Source: Octopus vulgaris (Eukaryota). From it: a stretch of 64,000 nt of DNA. The notes below the pieces were generated by a model. The model did no database searches. It was given only the letters and a program-made list of their open reading frames with translations, and had not been told where the DNA came from. The stretch covers positions 37,510,001-37,574,000 of the forward strand of contig OX597820.1 of the NCBI GenBank assembly GCA_951406725.2, written 5' to 3'. The translations under genes were made by a program, and so were the position numbers. Shown one piece after another: positions 11,331 through 23,198 of this stretch. The stretch's first letter is position 1, and the number at the start of each line of letters is the position of its first letter.

Positions 11331-12204
11331 TTGATTCTTACTGATTGATTTTACTTCCTGATAATTTTCACTAATTTTTGTTCTTGTCTCTTTTTGGCTC
11401 ATCTTCATTTTCACTTAAGCAGTCCCACTCAAAATAATCAGTTCTTTTTATCTGATTTGGTTTAACTGCATTGTTTGTATCATTATCAACATCATTACCA
11501 TCATGAACATTTTTGTTTTATTGCCAATTCTTCACAAGTTAGTAAACAGATCATTGCTATTTGTCTCGATCCAGTGTCATCTTGTTTATCTCTATGATCC
11601 AGCAATAGAATATTGTATAGACTTCTGTGATTCAACTTCAGATTTTCTTTTTGATAGATTTTTTTTCTTTAGATATTTTTTATTCCTCAATCTAATTATA
11701 AATTCTTTTTGAATGCAAATATAAAAACAAACAAACAAACAACCCTGTATCAAAGACTTTTAGAATGTAACATTTCTTCAGAAATTACACTCTCAATGAA
11801 ATTGTTTTTTCATACTTTTGTAAATTCTTATTTTGTGAATGGTATTTTCTGAAGATAATTTTATCAAAGACTAATAATTATATTCAAATAAAAATTGTAA
11901 AAAGCTTTTTAAATTGGGTTTTAGTTCTACTTTGCAGTTGGTAACAAAGAAAATTTTGAAATCTAGTTGTAATTTGGGGTTAGTAAGCAGTATTTAATGC
12001 AGGAATTATCATGGCATTTAAATATCTGTAATTTGTTTTTGGTATGCAATGATAGATGCTAATTGATAAAATGGTAAATGTAAGGTGAAGCTATCATCGT
12101 TACTCATGTATAATACATGTCTGTATAGTGCATATCTCTACTTATGGCTATCAAATCCTGGGAAAATAGACCCTGTGTATAATATACATATACTTTCTTT
12201 AGGT

Positions 12205-12398
12205 TTTTGGTGCATGGTTATGTGGTAAGAAGCTTGCTTTCCAACAACATGGTTTTAGATTCTGTCCCACCACGTGACACCTTGTGCAAGTGTCTTCTAC
12301 TATAGCCTTGGGCTGACCAAAGCTTTGTGAGTGAATTTGTTAGACGGAAAGGGAAAGAAGCCCGTCGTATATATGTATATATATATATATACACACAA

Positions 12399-12445
<47 letters not shown>

Positions 12446-12590
12446 TATATATATATATATATACACACAAACACACACATATATATTTATATATAAATAT
12501 ATATACTTATATTTACATATACACACACGCATAAATACATACATACATACATATATAATGTATATATATACATACACACACACACATATA
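12205..12590 (+). mobile_element. SINE family B 5' half followed by a (TA)n/(CA)n microsatellite
   Basis: tgtggtaagaagcttgctttccaac...caccttgtgcaagtgtcttctactatagcc...gaagcccgtcgtatat matches 49899-50070. Confidence 0.8.
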
Positions 12591-13607
12591 CAAGAAAAAG
12601 CACCACTGATGCTATATTTCTGCTAAGACAGCTGCATGCGAAATTCTCAGCCAAAGATAAATCTCTGTACCTGGCTTTCGTTGACATGGAGAAAGCCTCT
12701 AACAGGTTCCTCCGATCCCTTATCTGGTGGTCAATGTGGAAACGAATGATAGATGAATGGCTAGTGAGAGCTGTGCAAGCCATGTACAGGGATGCTGTTA
12801 GTAAGGTGAGGGTTGGCAATGAGTATAGTGAAGAATACCTGGTAGGGATTCACCAAGGATCAGTCCTCAGCTCCCTCTTATTCATCATAGTCCTCCAGGC
12901 AATAACCGAGGAATTCAAGACAGGATGTCCCTGAGCGCTTCTCTATGCTGATGACCTTGCTCTAATAGCTGAGTCACTATCAGAAGTAGAGAAGTTTCAG
13001 GTGTGGAAGCAAAGTCTAGAATCGAAGGGCCTTAGAGTCAATCTAGCAAAAACCAAAGTCTTAATAAATAGGAAGGCAGACAAATCACAAATCCCTACAT
13101 GTAGATGGCCCTGCTCAATCTGTAGAAAAGGCATAGGTAGAAACTCCATAAGATGTTCCCGGTGTAAGTTATAGACGCATAAAAGGTGCAACAATATTAA
13201 ATGAAGGCTAACTGGGAAGATAGTTTTTATATGTGGCAAATGCTCAGAGGCAACAAACACTAAAAAAATATGCAGAAAACAGCTTCCGTTTTCCAAATCA
13301 GTAGCAGGGGTGGATGCTCTGAGAATGTAGCTGCTAGAATAAGAATAGCTTGGGCAAAGTTCAGAGAGCTCCTACCTCTGCTGGTGACAAAGGACCTCTT
13401 GCTCAGAGTAAAAGGTAGAATGTATGACGCATGTGTGCAAACGGCCATGCTACATGGCAGTGAAACATGAGCTGTGACTGCTGAGGACATGCGTTAGCTT
13501 GCAAGGAATGAAGCTAGTATGCTCTACTGGATGTGTAATGTCAGTGTGCATACACAACAGAGCGTAAGTTCCCAGAGAGAAAAGTTGGACATCAGAAGCA
13601 TCAGACA
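12591..13607 (+). mobile_element. RTE-clade LINE reverse transcriptase fragment (pseudogenised)
   Basis: STTDAIFLLRQL...LYLAFVDMEKA, VGIHQGSVLS, LLYADDLAL, a Cys-rich insert WPCSICRKGIGRNSIRCSRC, and RIRIAWAKFRELLPLL...MLHGSET. Stops and indels are present. Confidence 0.93.
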
Positions 13608-14098
13608 GGAACACTTGTAGAAACACATCTTAGACCTGATATAGGGGTTACAGAAATATATATACCAAAATATGTTGTCATACGCTCAGATAGAAAGGAG
13701 CCATGGTGGAGTTGCTGTGTACATCCGAGTGAACCTCATGCCCCAAGTCCTGCTGTCATATTCTAATTCAGTGTGTGACACTCAAATTGTACACATAAGA
13801 CAACTTAATATTGTTATATGTACTACATATCGCCCACCAGATGCTCCGAGTCATATAGGCAAATTTGAAGACTGCCTAGCAAAGATAGAAGTTCTCATCA
13901 AACTGGAGCAACACATTAATGTATTCCTTTTGGGTGACTATAACTTCTGGAACATGGAATGGCCTGGGGGCCAGATTCTCTCAGGAATAAAACACCAACA
14001 GCAAGCACAAGAAGAGTCCTTGCTCTAACTTACCAATGCCTCTTTCATGGAACTAATCATGCTGCAACCAACCAGGGCAAATAATATACTGGATGTCT
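13608..14098 (+). mobile_element. LINE APE-endonuclease fragment (CR1/L2-like)
   Basis: LVETHL...RSDR, HGGVAVYIR, TYRPPD, LLGDYNF, QPTRANNILD are canonical APE endonuclease motifs. Confidence 0.88.
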
Positions 14099-16117
14099 GT
14101 GTCTCTCTGTGTAGTTTATGTGTATATACATGTGTTTGTGTGTGTATGGGCCGTTTTTGATTGGTCTCAGACTCTGGGACCAATATATATATATACTTAT
14201 GTCAGCTCAATATGGTGAAATAAATTTCATTTTTCAATTTTGTCTTTCTTTTTTAAATCAGAATCTTAAATTGAAATATTATTTCAGATTTTTATGAAGT
14301 GAAAAATGTATATTAAACACTTTTGTATGTAGTATTTTGTATATCATTTCATAGGACATAAATGATTTTGGCTTTGTTTGTGCATTTTATTTACAGCAGG
14401 AATTTCTGTCTAGATAAAAACAAATTGTCAGTTATTTTCTGGTTATTTCATGTCAATGGTTTTGAGCTAAGTAGAATCCTTTGGAACTGTTCCCATCAAC
14501 CTTCAGTATGGAAGGATATAGAAGACATTGCTGAATGCAAACACTTTCATTGTATGTATGTCCATTTAAATACTGTTATTATTGAATACTTTCAATGGAA
14601 GTGTATTTAGTGATGCTTGATTGTAATAATTACAGTATTTCAGGAAGAGAAGTATTTATGTATTATCCTTATTGATTAATTATTATTTTAATCTTCACAT
14701 TACATAAAGTAGTATTTTCAATAATAAAAGTGTTACATTCTGGTCTTATTTTCCTTTTTTGTATTGAAAATTGATTTGGCCTTCTGTACTGAAGGCTGAT
14801 GTCAGTAATTCCATGGGACACGTTTTTACCTGTGGCACCAAACATTTAATGTATTAATTACTATCATAGGAAAATGCAACATTAATTATAGTGATTTTTA
14901 ACTCTTTGTTATACATCACTTAACTTAGACAATAGATATAACTTCTGTCATACCTTCCTAAATGTGGTGGTCCACTTTGGCTGGAAAAAAATGGGTGTCA
15001 TGTACTTATGTATAATGTGCACCCCTAATATTTAAGTTTAAAAATCCAGGGGAAAAATGAATATTATTCACAAATAAATTAGGCAATCACATTATTAGAG
15101 TATTTCGTTTATGTACATATCAGCTCACAACTAAAAGAAAGCCACTCTGTAGCTGCTTTGACTACTAGAAATAGTAGCCATATCTCCTTTAAATCTCATA
15201 CTAACTATCTTAAAATGTATTGTACCTATTACGTAATATATCTGGAAATAAAATGATCTGATAATTATAGCTGGATTGTTTTTGATCATATGTCTGCTTG
15301 ATTAGAACTGACTTGAGAATAAGCAACTAAATTTAGTACTCATTATATTCTAAGCTTTTTGATAAATTGAAAATAGCATTAGCAAAATTTGCAGAAAATT
15401 TCTAACAGGATCCCTAACAAGAACATTTGTGCAGTGGTACCTGTTTCATAGTTTGAAAGTTGAAATATATAGGGCATCCAGTAATGAAAAAAAAACTTCT
15501 GCAACAGGGTGAAAATTTCATGTTTGAAAGAATGCTGTTATGTCATTAATGCTAGCATGAAAAATGGATGTCATTTACACACACATACAAATAAACATAT
15601 AAGTACTGGCATAGCTGTGTGGTAAGAAGTTTGTTTTGCAACTATGTGATTTCAGGTTCAGCCCTATTATAAGGCATCTTGGATGACTGTCTACTATAGT
15701 CCTGGGCTAATTATTACTTTGTGAACAGAATTGATAGATGGATACTGTATGGAATCTCATTGTATATGTGTGTCTGTTTGTGTGCATATGTGTGTGAATG
15801 TTGACTTTCCATAGCCTTTGCTTGTCACCATCTGAGCAAAATAGCAATATGTTTACATTCTTTGTTCCTTGTTGACATTGTGACCAGTTGTTCTGCACTC
15901 TTGAAGTAAATCCCTTACCTAAAAAACAGGCAAGTGCTGGTGACAGGAAGAGCATCCAATTTTAAAATGCTGCCTCAAATAAGTTCTTGTCCAACCTATA
16001 CTAGCATGAAAAAACAAGACATTAAACAAATGAGCTTCTGAATAATGTTTTAGGTCTCAGTTAAGTTAAATAACCTAACCAGTTTAATATCTTGACCTAA
16101 AATATTTATTGATTATT

Positions 16118-16462
16118 CAGTTCTGTATTTAAGAGATGAGGAGTTATGTACATTATTTACATTTGAAAGATATTTGTCCTCATCTTGTTTCTTGTGAACA
16201 CAATGTTTCAGCTTATATACCCTCCAGCCTTCATCAGGTGTCTTGGGGAAATTTTGAATCTGGGTTCTCATTCCCAAGGTATTTTTCGATTATTATTATG
16301 GTCACTGCCTGGAATCACTCTCGGAATCTTGGGGTTAGTAGCCTGCACTCTTAACCACTATGCCACGGACATATGGTGTAGTGGTTAGACACCTGAAGAA
16401 GGCTGGAAGGTATATCAGCCGAAACGTGTTGAGGACAAATATCCTTCAAATGTAAATAATGT
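16118..16462. mobile_element. Palindromic insertion carrying two inverted hammerhead-like cores around a tRNA-like head; Penelope-like
   Basis: Arms 16150-16242 / 16388-16462. Flanking direct repeat ttattgattatt at 16106-16117 and 16462-16473. CTGAAGA..stem..GAAAC on plus (16393-16425) and CTGATGA..GAAAC on minus (16237-16205). tRNA-like segment on minus at 16366-16300. Confidence 0.7.
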
Positions 16463-16924
16463 TATTGATTATTGTTGTGCAGTGATATTTCATTTGCCCA
16501 TAAGTTGGCTTTTTTTTCTTTTTTTTTTTCAGTTAACAGTTCTGCTGTAAACAAAATGCAATTTTTTTTTATTTAGTAAAGAAATAAACATGTAAAGCAG
16601 GTAATAACTTGTCCTGTGTTGTGGAATCATGTTGAGAGTATTTACTCTTAGTTATTTAGCTAAGAAACAGTTATAGAAAACTTCAGACAAAAATCTTAAT
16701 CTTGAGAAATACATAAAAATATCTGAACTACAAAGTATATTCAAAAAATGTTTGACAGGTGATTGTAAATACTAATTCTGACCTTTGGCTAGTCATAGTA
16801 GAAGTTACATAGAGTAATGGAGATCAACTCTGGGTCTTGAGTTCAAATTCACTCCATCCATTTTATTTATATTTTCAGAGTATACTTTATTTCATATGTT
16901 GTGTTTATGACAGTTATATACAAT

Positions 16925-17270
16925 ACCTTTTACTTGTTTTAGTCACTGGACAGCAGCTGTCCTGGAGCATCACCTTGAAGGGTTTAGTAAAAAAAAGAAA
17001 TGACCGTTTTTAAAGTTATGGTAATGTAAACAAACCAACACCAGTTGTCTAGCTGTGGTGGAGGACAAACATGAAGATACGTACACACGTGCATATATAT
17101 ATATATAAATATATATACACACACAATGTTTCTTTCAGTTTCCATCTACCAAATCCACTCACAAGGCTTTGGTCAACCTGGGGCTATAGTAGAATACACT
17201 TGCCCATGGTGCCACACAGTGATACCATTTAGTTGGGGAGCAAACCTTTTACCATATAGCTATATCTGTG
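16925..17270 (-). mobile_element. SINE family B copy (duplicated at about 18785-19130)
   Basis: Reverse complement of family B. Confidence 0.8.
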
Positions 17271-19429
17271 CTTATCAATATTTGTGATAATTATACAAGT
17301 CCACCACAATAAATAAGCTTAAATCTTTGGATGGCTATTCAAATGGAATATTCTGATAATTCAATCTTATCTGAACAGTGCACCTCATAAACTGTCCAAT
17401 ACATTGAGGTAGTAGTTACTTTAGATTGTCCTGACCATGTTTAAACATGCAGAAGGTATGCAATGCCATAATGACAGGATAATAATTGTCTCACAGACTT
17501 AGTAGACACTGTGCAAATTATGTTTATTACAAATAGGTTTCAATAATTTCATTAAAAAAAGTAATTAGATTATTCAGACAGTATAAGAAGGTATTCAAAG
17601 TGTAGTAGAAATATAGAGTTTCCGGTATGCCATGAAACGTCTGGTTGTAAAGAAATATTATCTTGCTTGGAAATTGGTAAGAAGTTGGCGATTGTGAAGG
17701 TTCAGTTTAGAAAATCTTTGACTGTCTAAATTCCAATTATTACCATTGTGAACAGAATTGATAGATGGATGTATGGAATCTCATTGATGTGTGTCTGTTT
17801 TCCAAATGTGAATGTACTGGATAATTTGTTGACAGAGAAATATCAACAAATGTCACCTTCGCAAAGCACAGACTATAAACGTTGTAGGAGACATTTGCCC
17901 CTGGTTCCATGGAATGAGAGTGAACCTGCTAGCTGCAAAGCAAACTTCGTAGCTTAAAAATGTATAAAATAAGTAAATAAATAAATGATTAAATATATAT
18001 GTAAAACATATGTAAAGAGAATATTTACTTAGTGTTGTTAATCATATTTTTCATTTTAAAGATGACAGCTAATTTGTCTTGATTATTCAGTTCTGTATTT
18101 AAGAGATGAGGATTATGTACATTATTTACATTTACCAGATATTTGTCATCATCTTGTTTCTTGTGAACACAATGTTCAGCTTATACTGTTCATCAGGTGT
18201 CTTGGGAGGAAGGTCTCATTCCCAAGGTATGGACATTATTATGGTCACTGCGCAGTAAGCATCATCTTGCAGGTTTTTATTGTCTACTTAATCTCAGTCC
18301 TGGTTGTGGCCCCTAATTTTAGCCTTAGAGTTTGCTTGCAAATTTCTTGAACCATTGAAATGTTTGCGGTGAAAGTTAGCCTACATTTCTGTTTTGTTAC
18401 ATATTATGGCCTACTGGAAAATAGGGTGTGTTTTTTTTAAAAATTATTTGTTGAAGTATGCACAAACATAACAGTTGTTGGAGTGAGTTAAGTTGATACT
18501 CTGAAGTGTCAGTTGTTTGTATTTTCATTAGTTTTCTGTCTAAGTAACCAAGATATTTTATAACTCTTAATGGTTCAGTTCATATAGATGAACTACAAAG
18601 TATATTCAAAAAATGTTTGACAGGTTTGTAAATACTAATGTCTCTTCACATCTTGTTGCTCTTATTGAATTGTGCTTCCCTAGCCCTTCACTCAATAGTT
18701 TACCCACTCCTTTCTTCTTAGAAAAGCCCTTCCCTCACTTTGCATACTTTATTTCATATGTTGTGTTTATGACAGTTATATACAATACCTTTTACTTGTT
18801 TTAGTCACTGGACAGCAGCTGTCCTGGAGCATCACCTTGAAGGGTTTAGTAAAAAAAAGAAATGACCGTTTTTTAAAGTTATGGTAATGTAAACAAACCA
18901 ACACCAGTTGTCTAGCTGTGGTGGAGGACAAACATGAAGATACGTACACACGTGCATATATATATATATAAATATATATACACACACAATGTTTCTTTCA
19001 GTTTCTCTCTCCAAATCCCACTCACAAGGCTTTGTCAACCTGGGGCTATATTCATATTCATGCAAAGAAGTGTGGATGGCAGAATCAGTAAGTTGGGGAG
19101 CAAACCTTTTACCATATAGCTATATCTGTGCTTATCAATATTTGTGATAATTATACAAGTCACCCTTCCAAGGGTTAAAACTGAGACAGACTCAATAACG
19201 TTTAAATTCCAGTAACTCGTTAGTGATGGGGGTTATTGATTAACTGAATTTTTGGAATGCCTTGATAAAAGATGTCATTATCCTTATCATCATGTTTATT
19301 TTTTTTTCCATGCTGCATAGTTGGATGGGACTTTTTGAGGCATTTTTTTACAGTTGGATACTTTCCTGATATCAACCATTTTAGTCACCCCTTATGACAT
19401 GCAGGAATGCATACAGTGTACTCGTTCTG

Positions 19430-19770
19430 TTTTTATCTTTTACTTGCTTCAGTCATTAGACTGACCATGTTGGAGCACTGCCTTGAATGGTTGTAGTTGA
19501 AATTGACTTCAGTACTTATTTTTGTAAGCTTGGTACTTTTTTGTCTCTTGCCAAACCACTCCGTTATAAGGACATAAACAAACCAACATCAGTTGTCAAG
19601 TGGTGATGGTGGTGGGGTGCAAACACTAACACAAAGACACACAAACACACACACACATGACTGGCTTCCACACAGTTCTCATCTACCAAATTTATTCACA
19701 TGGTATTGATTGATCTTGGGCTATAGTAGAAGACAGTTGCTCATGGTGCCAGACAGATCCCAAAACCACA
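19430..19770 (-). mobile_element. SINE family B copy, 5'-truncated by the adjacent inverted-repeat insertion
   Basis: cttttacttgcttcagtcattagactg...ctatagtagaagac...ggtgcc is the reverse complement of family B. Confidence 0.75.
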
Positions 19771-19786
19771 GGGCCAGACAGATCCC

Positions 19787-19985
19787 ACTATCCGAAATCC
19801 ATACTTTAATACACCATTACAAAGGCAATATATAAAATGAAATGATATACAGTAATAGTAAAAGTAAAAAGATAAAGAGATATAAGTTTCTCAAAACTGA
19901 CAACCAATCAACCATACCTATAAAAGCCTCTTCAGAGAATTAAATTAAATTTGTTATAATAGTGAAAAATATTATATAATCATAT

Positions 19986-20018
<33 letters not shown>

Positions 20019-20165
20019 ATACACATTTGTACAAAAAGGAAGGTAAACAGAACAATATAAAACAAAATATATAACAGTGTATATATTAATATTAATAAGT
20101 ACCGATATTATGGACTTGGTGCTAACTTAACTGTATCTATTTTTAGTATTTTTTTATTATTATTA

Positions 20166-20203
<38 letters not shown>

Positions 20204-20806
20204 AGTAATTTTTATTAACTTTTATAGCTTTAGAATTTTATGAACTGTACCACGGATTTAATTATTATTTTTCATCTCCATATGTGTTAGCCCTTTTTTT
20301 ATAAAAAAAACTATTAGCCAAATATGTATAATATCGGTACTTATTAATATTAATATATACACTGTTATATATTTTGTTTTATATTGTTCTGTTTACCTTC
20401 CTTTTTTGTACAAATGTGTATTATATTATATAAGTGTAGCATTATGATATATAAGTTTTTATATTTTACATTTTTATATTTTTATATTTATATGTATATG
20501 ATTATATAATATTTTTCACTATTATAACAAATTTAATTTAATTCTCTGAAGAGGCCGTGGGGCATCCTTGTTAATGCCTCATTTATACCTGCCTTTATGG
20601 CTTATAGGTTAAATGAGGTATGACTGTCCTCACTGCCGAAACAGCTGTCAGTTTTGATTTATTTGCATATTATATTTGAAATTTTTTACTTATATCTCTT
20701 TATCTTTTTACTTTTACTATTACTGTATATCTCATTTCATTTTATATATTGCCTTTACTCATATGTAATGGTGTATTAAAGTATGGATTGAGTATCATCG
20801 GATAGT
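19787..20806. repeat. Large inverted repeat (arms 19787-20111 and 20328-20806) around a (TTA)n spacer
   Basis: 20010-20111 is an almost exact reverse complement of 20328-20432. Further blocks pair: 19925-19985 with 20495-20555, and 19787-19888 with 20688-20806. Confidence 0.9.
20540..20655 (+). ncRNA. Hammerhead ribozyme (type I, Penelope-type minimal stem III, extended stem II)
   Basis: CTGAAGA 20546-20552; stem II ggc/gcc closing an ~85-nt hairpin 20553-20637; GAAAC 20638-20642; palindromic AGCT loop; GTC triplet 20647-20649; short stem I (ct/ag plus imperfect extension). Confidence 0.75.
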
Positions 20807-21039
20807 TGATGTTTTACTGATTTAAGTATGTTTCTCCATTCTCTAATTTTGTAGTATTAATTTACGGTAATATTATTACCTTTACCCATTTAATACAATA
20901 GATGAACTGATTGCTTGACAATTTTTAACATCTATGTATTATTTTTGTTGGGTACCTATCTAGCAGTATATTGGATATATATTATCCCATGGTGGGTTGA
21001 AAGTTTCTCAACCAATCAACCATACCTATAAAAGCATCA

Positions 21040-21040
<1 letters not shown>
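20745..21040 (+). repeat. Interspersed AT-rich repeat downstream of the hammerhead; second diverged copy at about 28390-28660
   Basis: Both copies contain tttgttgggtac...ctagcagtatattggatatat..tatcccatgg..ggttg with colinear upstream similarity. Confidence 0.75.
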
Positions 21041-21082
<42 letters not shown>

Positions 21083-22364
21083 TGCGGATGCTAAACGATG
21101 ATGATACATATACATACATATATATTTTTTCCCTTTTTTGTGGAAATCTGTGTATTCATCTATACTGTGATAGGTTATATAATCTAAGCAAATTGGAGGA
21201 TATTTTCTTGGGTTATATTTAGTAGAACAAATCAACTAGAAAAACCAAAATAAGAATAATGCAATTTAGCAATGCTTACAGCAGTGTCTAAGCAAAGACC
21301 TTGATCACAGATACCGTTCTATTTTTATAATATACTTAATGAAATATACATATAAATCATACATGAAAATGAAAATTCATCATAAACTTTTATGACTCAT
21401 TGACCAATAAGAGAACCTCTACATGGTTGCTCTGCTTGCTAGACATAGCAGCCAAATTTCCTGCAAATCACACCCTATGTATGTATATGTATTAAAAATG
21501 AAGGACAATGTAAGTTTTGATGTTTCATGGTTGTGATGTCTTTGAGTAGTGTATGTTCTATTATGAACCACAGGGGATACGATATATATAATTGTATACT
21601 TCAGCATTCTGTAGATATTAAGTAGATTAAATCACACTTTTGAGTACAACATTTTGTATCTTTTCTCCATTTAGAAAAACTGACGTATCTAGGCATAGCA
21701 GTATCAGTATACCGCTGGCTTGTTGATGACTAATATCTATATAGTATAAAATAATATCTATATACTATAAAATAAATTCTCTATGATAAAATTGTTAGGG
21801 TATTTATATATATATATCTCCATCCGTGTGTGTATGTATATCTATCCACACACATACACACACGAACTCTCTCTGTCTGTCTGTCTCTCTCTCTTAATTA
21901 GGCTAGCGATTTTCTCCGTCCTTTCCTTTTATTAAATGAAGATAAAAAATATTTATGAAAGCAGTCAGGTAGGAAACTAGTTAAACTTCCTTCTATTTCT
22001 GTCAGAGACGCTCATTAGTTTTATAGAATTGTTACTGATTATGAAGGATGGTCTTATTGATTGCTGAAGCATCTGTTAATATTTCAGTTGTGTGCAATTA
22101 CATAACACCTGTTCGTCTACCTGTTCATTCTCAATCGTTCATTGTCTTTTTAAATGGTTTTGATGAAGATTCTGTTGCTGTTATTGTTGTAGATAGAGCT
22201 GTGAATTGTTACAGTACTGGATTACTAACTGAAGGGTAATGGGATTTTTTATACTGTCAATGATGCTGTACTATAATTGGCCAGTAACATTCAGTACTAA
22301 AGTGATAGCATACTTAATATAGTAAACCAAATAATTGTAATTTAGTAAAATTTTATCATTAATA

Positions 22365-22580
22365 ATGGTTTTGAAAATTTGGCAGAAGGCCAGCAGTTTC
22401 CATGGGAGAAGGTTAGTTGATTACATTGACCCCAATATTCAACTGATACTTATTTCATTGACTTCAAAAGGATGAAAAGCAAAGTTGGCCTCCACTGAAT
22501 TTGAACTCAGAATGTAAAGAACTGGAAGAAGTGCCACTAAGCATTTTGTCTGTTGTGCTAACTATTCTGCCAGCTTTAGA
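22365..22580 (-). mobile_element. SINE family A copy
   Basis: Reverse complement of family A. Confidence 0.75.
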
Positions 22581-22834
22581 TTTTATCCTTAATAATGGGA
22601 TTGATTATTGTCTAAATGACAAATTCTGATCAAAAGAGGTAAGAATACAAAAATCCCTCAAATTTTAACCTATTAAAACAAATTAAATATGGAATGCACT
22701 GGTGAGGTGAGTATAATCTTCAGCAGTATGGTGATAGTCCAGTTCTAGCTCTAGCTATATATTTTTTTTTTTTCTAGCTGAGTGATAGGGAAAATGGTAG
22801 AATCTGTGACCTTATGCAGGATCTCTGAGATCTA

Positions 22835-23198
22835 TTTCTTTTATTTGTTTCAGTCATATGACTGCAGACATGCTGGAGCACTGCCTTTAGTCAAACAAAT
22901 CAACCCCTTAACTTATTCTTTGTAAGCCTAGTACTTATTCTATCAGTCTCTTTTGCCGAACTGCTAAGCTATGGGAACATAAACACACCGGTATCGGTTG
23001 ACAAACACAGACACACATACATATACATATATACATGATGGGCTTCTTTTAGTTTCCGTCTACCAAATCCACCCACAAGGCTTTAGTCAGCCCTAGGCTA
23101 TAGTAGAAGACACTTGCCCATGGTGACACGCTGAGGGACTGAGCCCAGAACTGTGTGGTTGGTAAGCAAGCTACTTACCACACAGCCACTCCTGCGCC
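22835..23198 (-). mobile_element. Near full-length SINE family B (tRNA head, CORE-like ccttgggcaag region, internal microsatellite)
   Basis: Reverse complement of 49899-50287; head ggcgcaggagtggctgtgtggtaag. Confidence 0.88.

Noticed and set aside
12218-12626. Tyr/Ile/His/Cys-rich ORFs here and at about 28609, 49507, 53228 and 54146
   Set aside because: These are translations of (TA)n/(CA)n microsatellites.
14395-14555. Possible plus-strand exon (tttacag ... gtatgt)
   Set aside because: Splice signals are weak and the peptide is unrecognisable; it cannot be supported without transcript data.
16300-16366. Functional tRNA gene
   Set aside because: The T-arm/B box is degenerate and the segment is embedded in a TSD-flanked repeat, so it is treated as a SINE-type head. 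The same applies to the other SINE heads.
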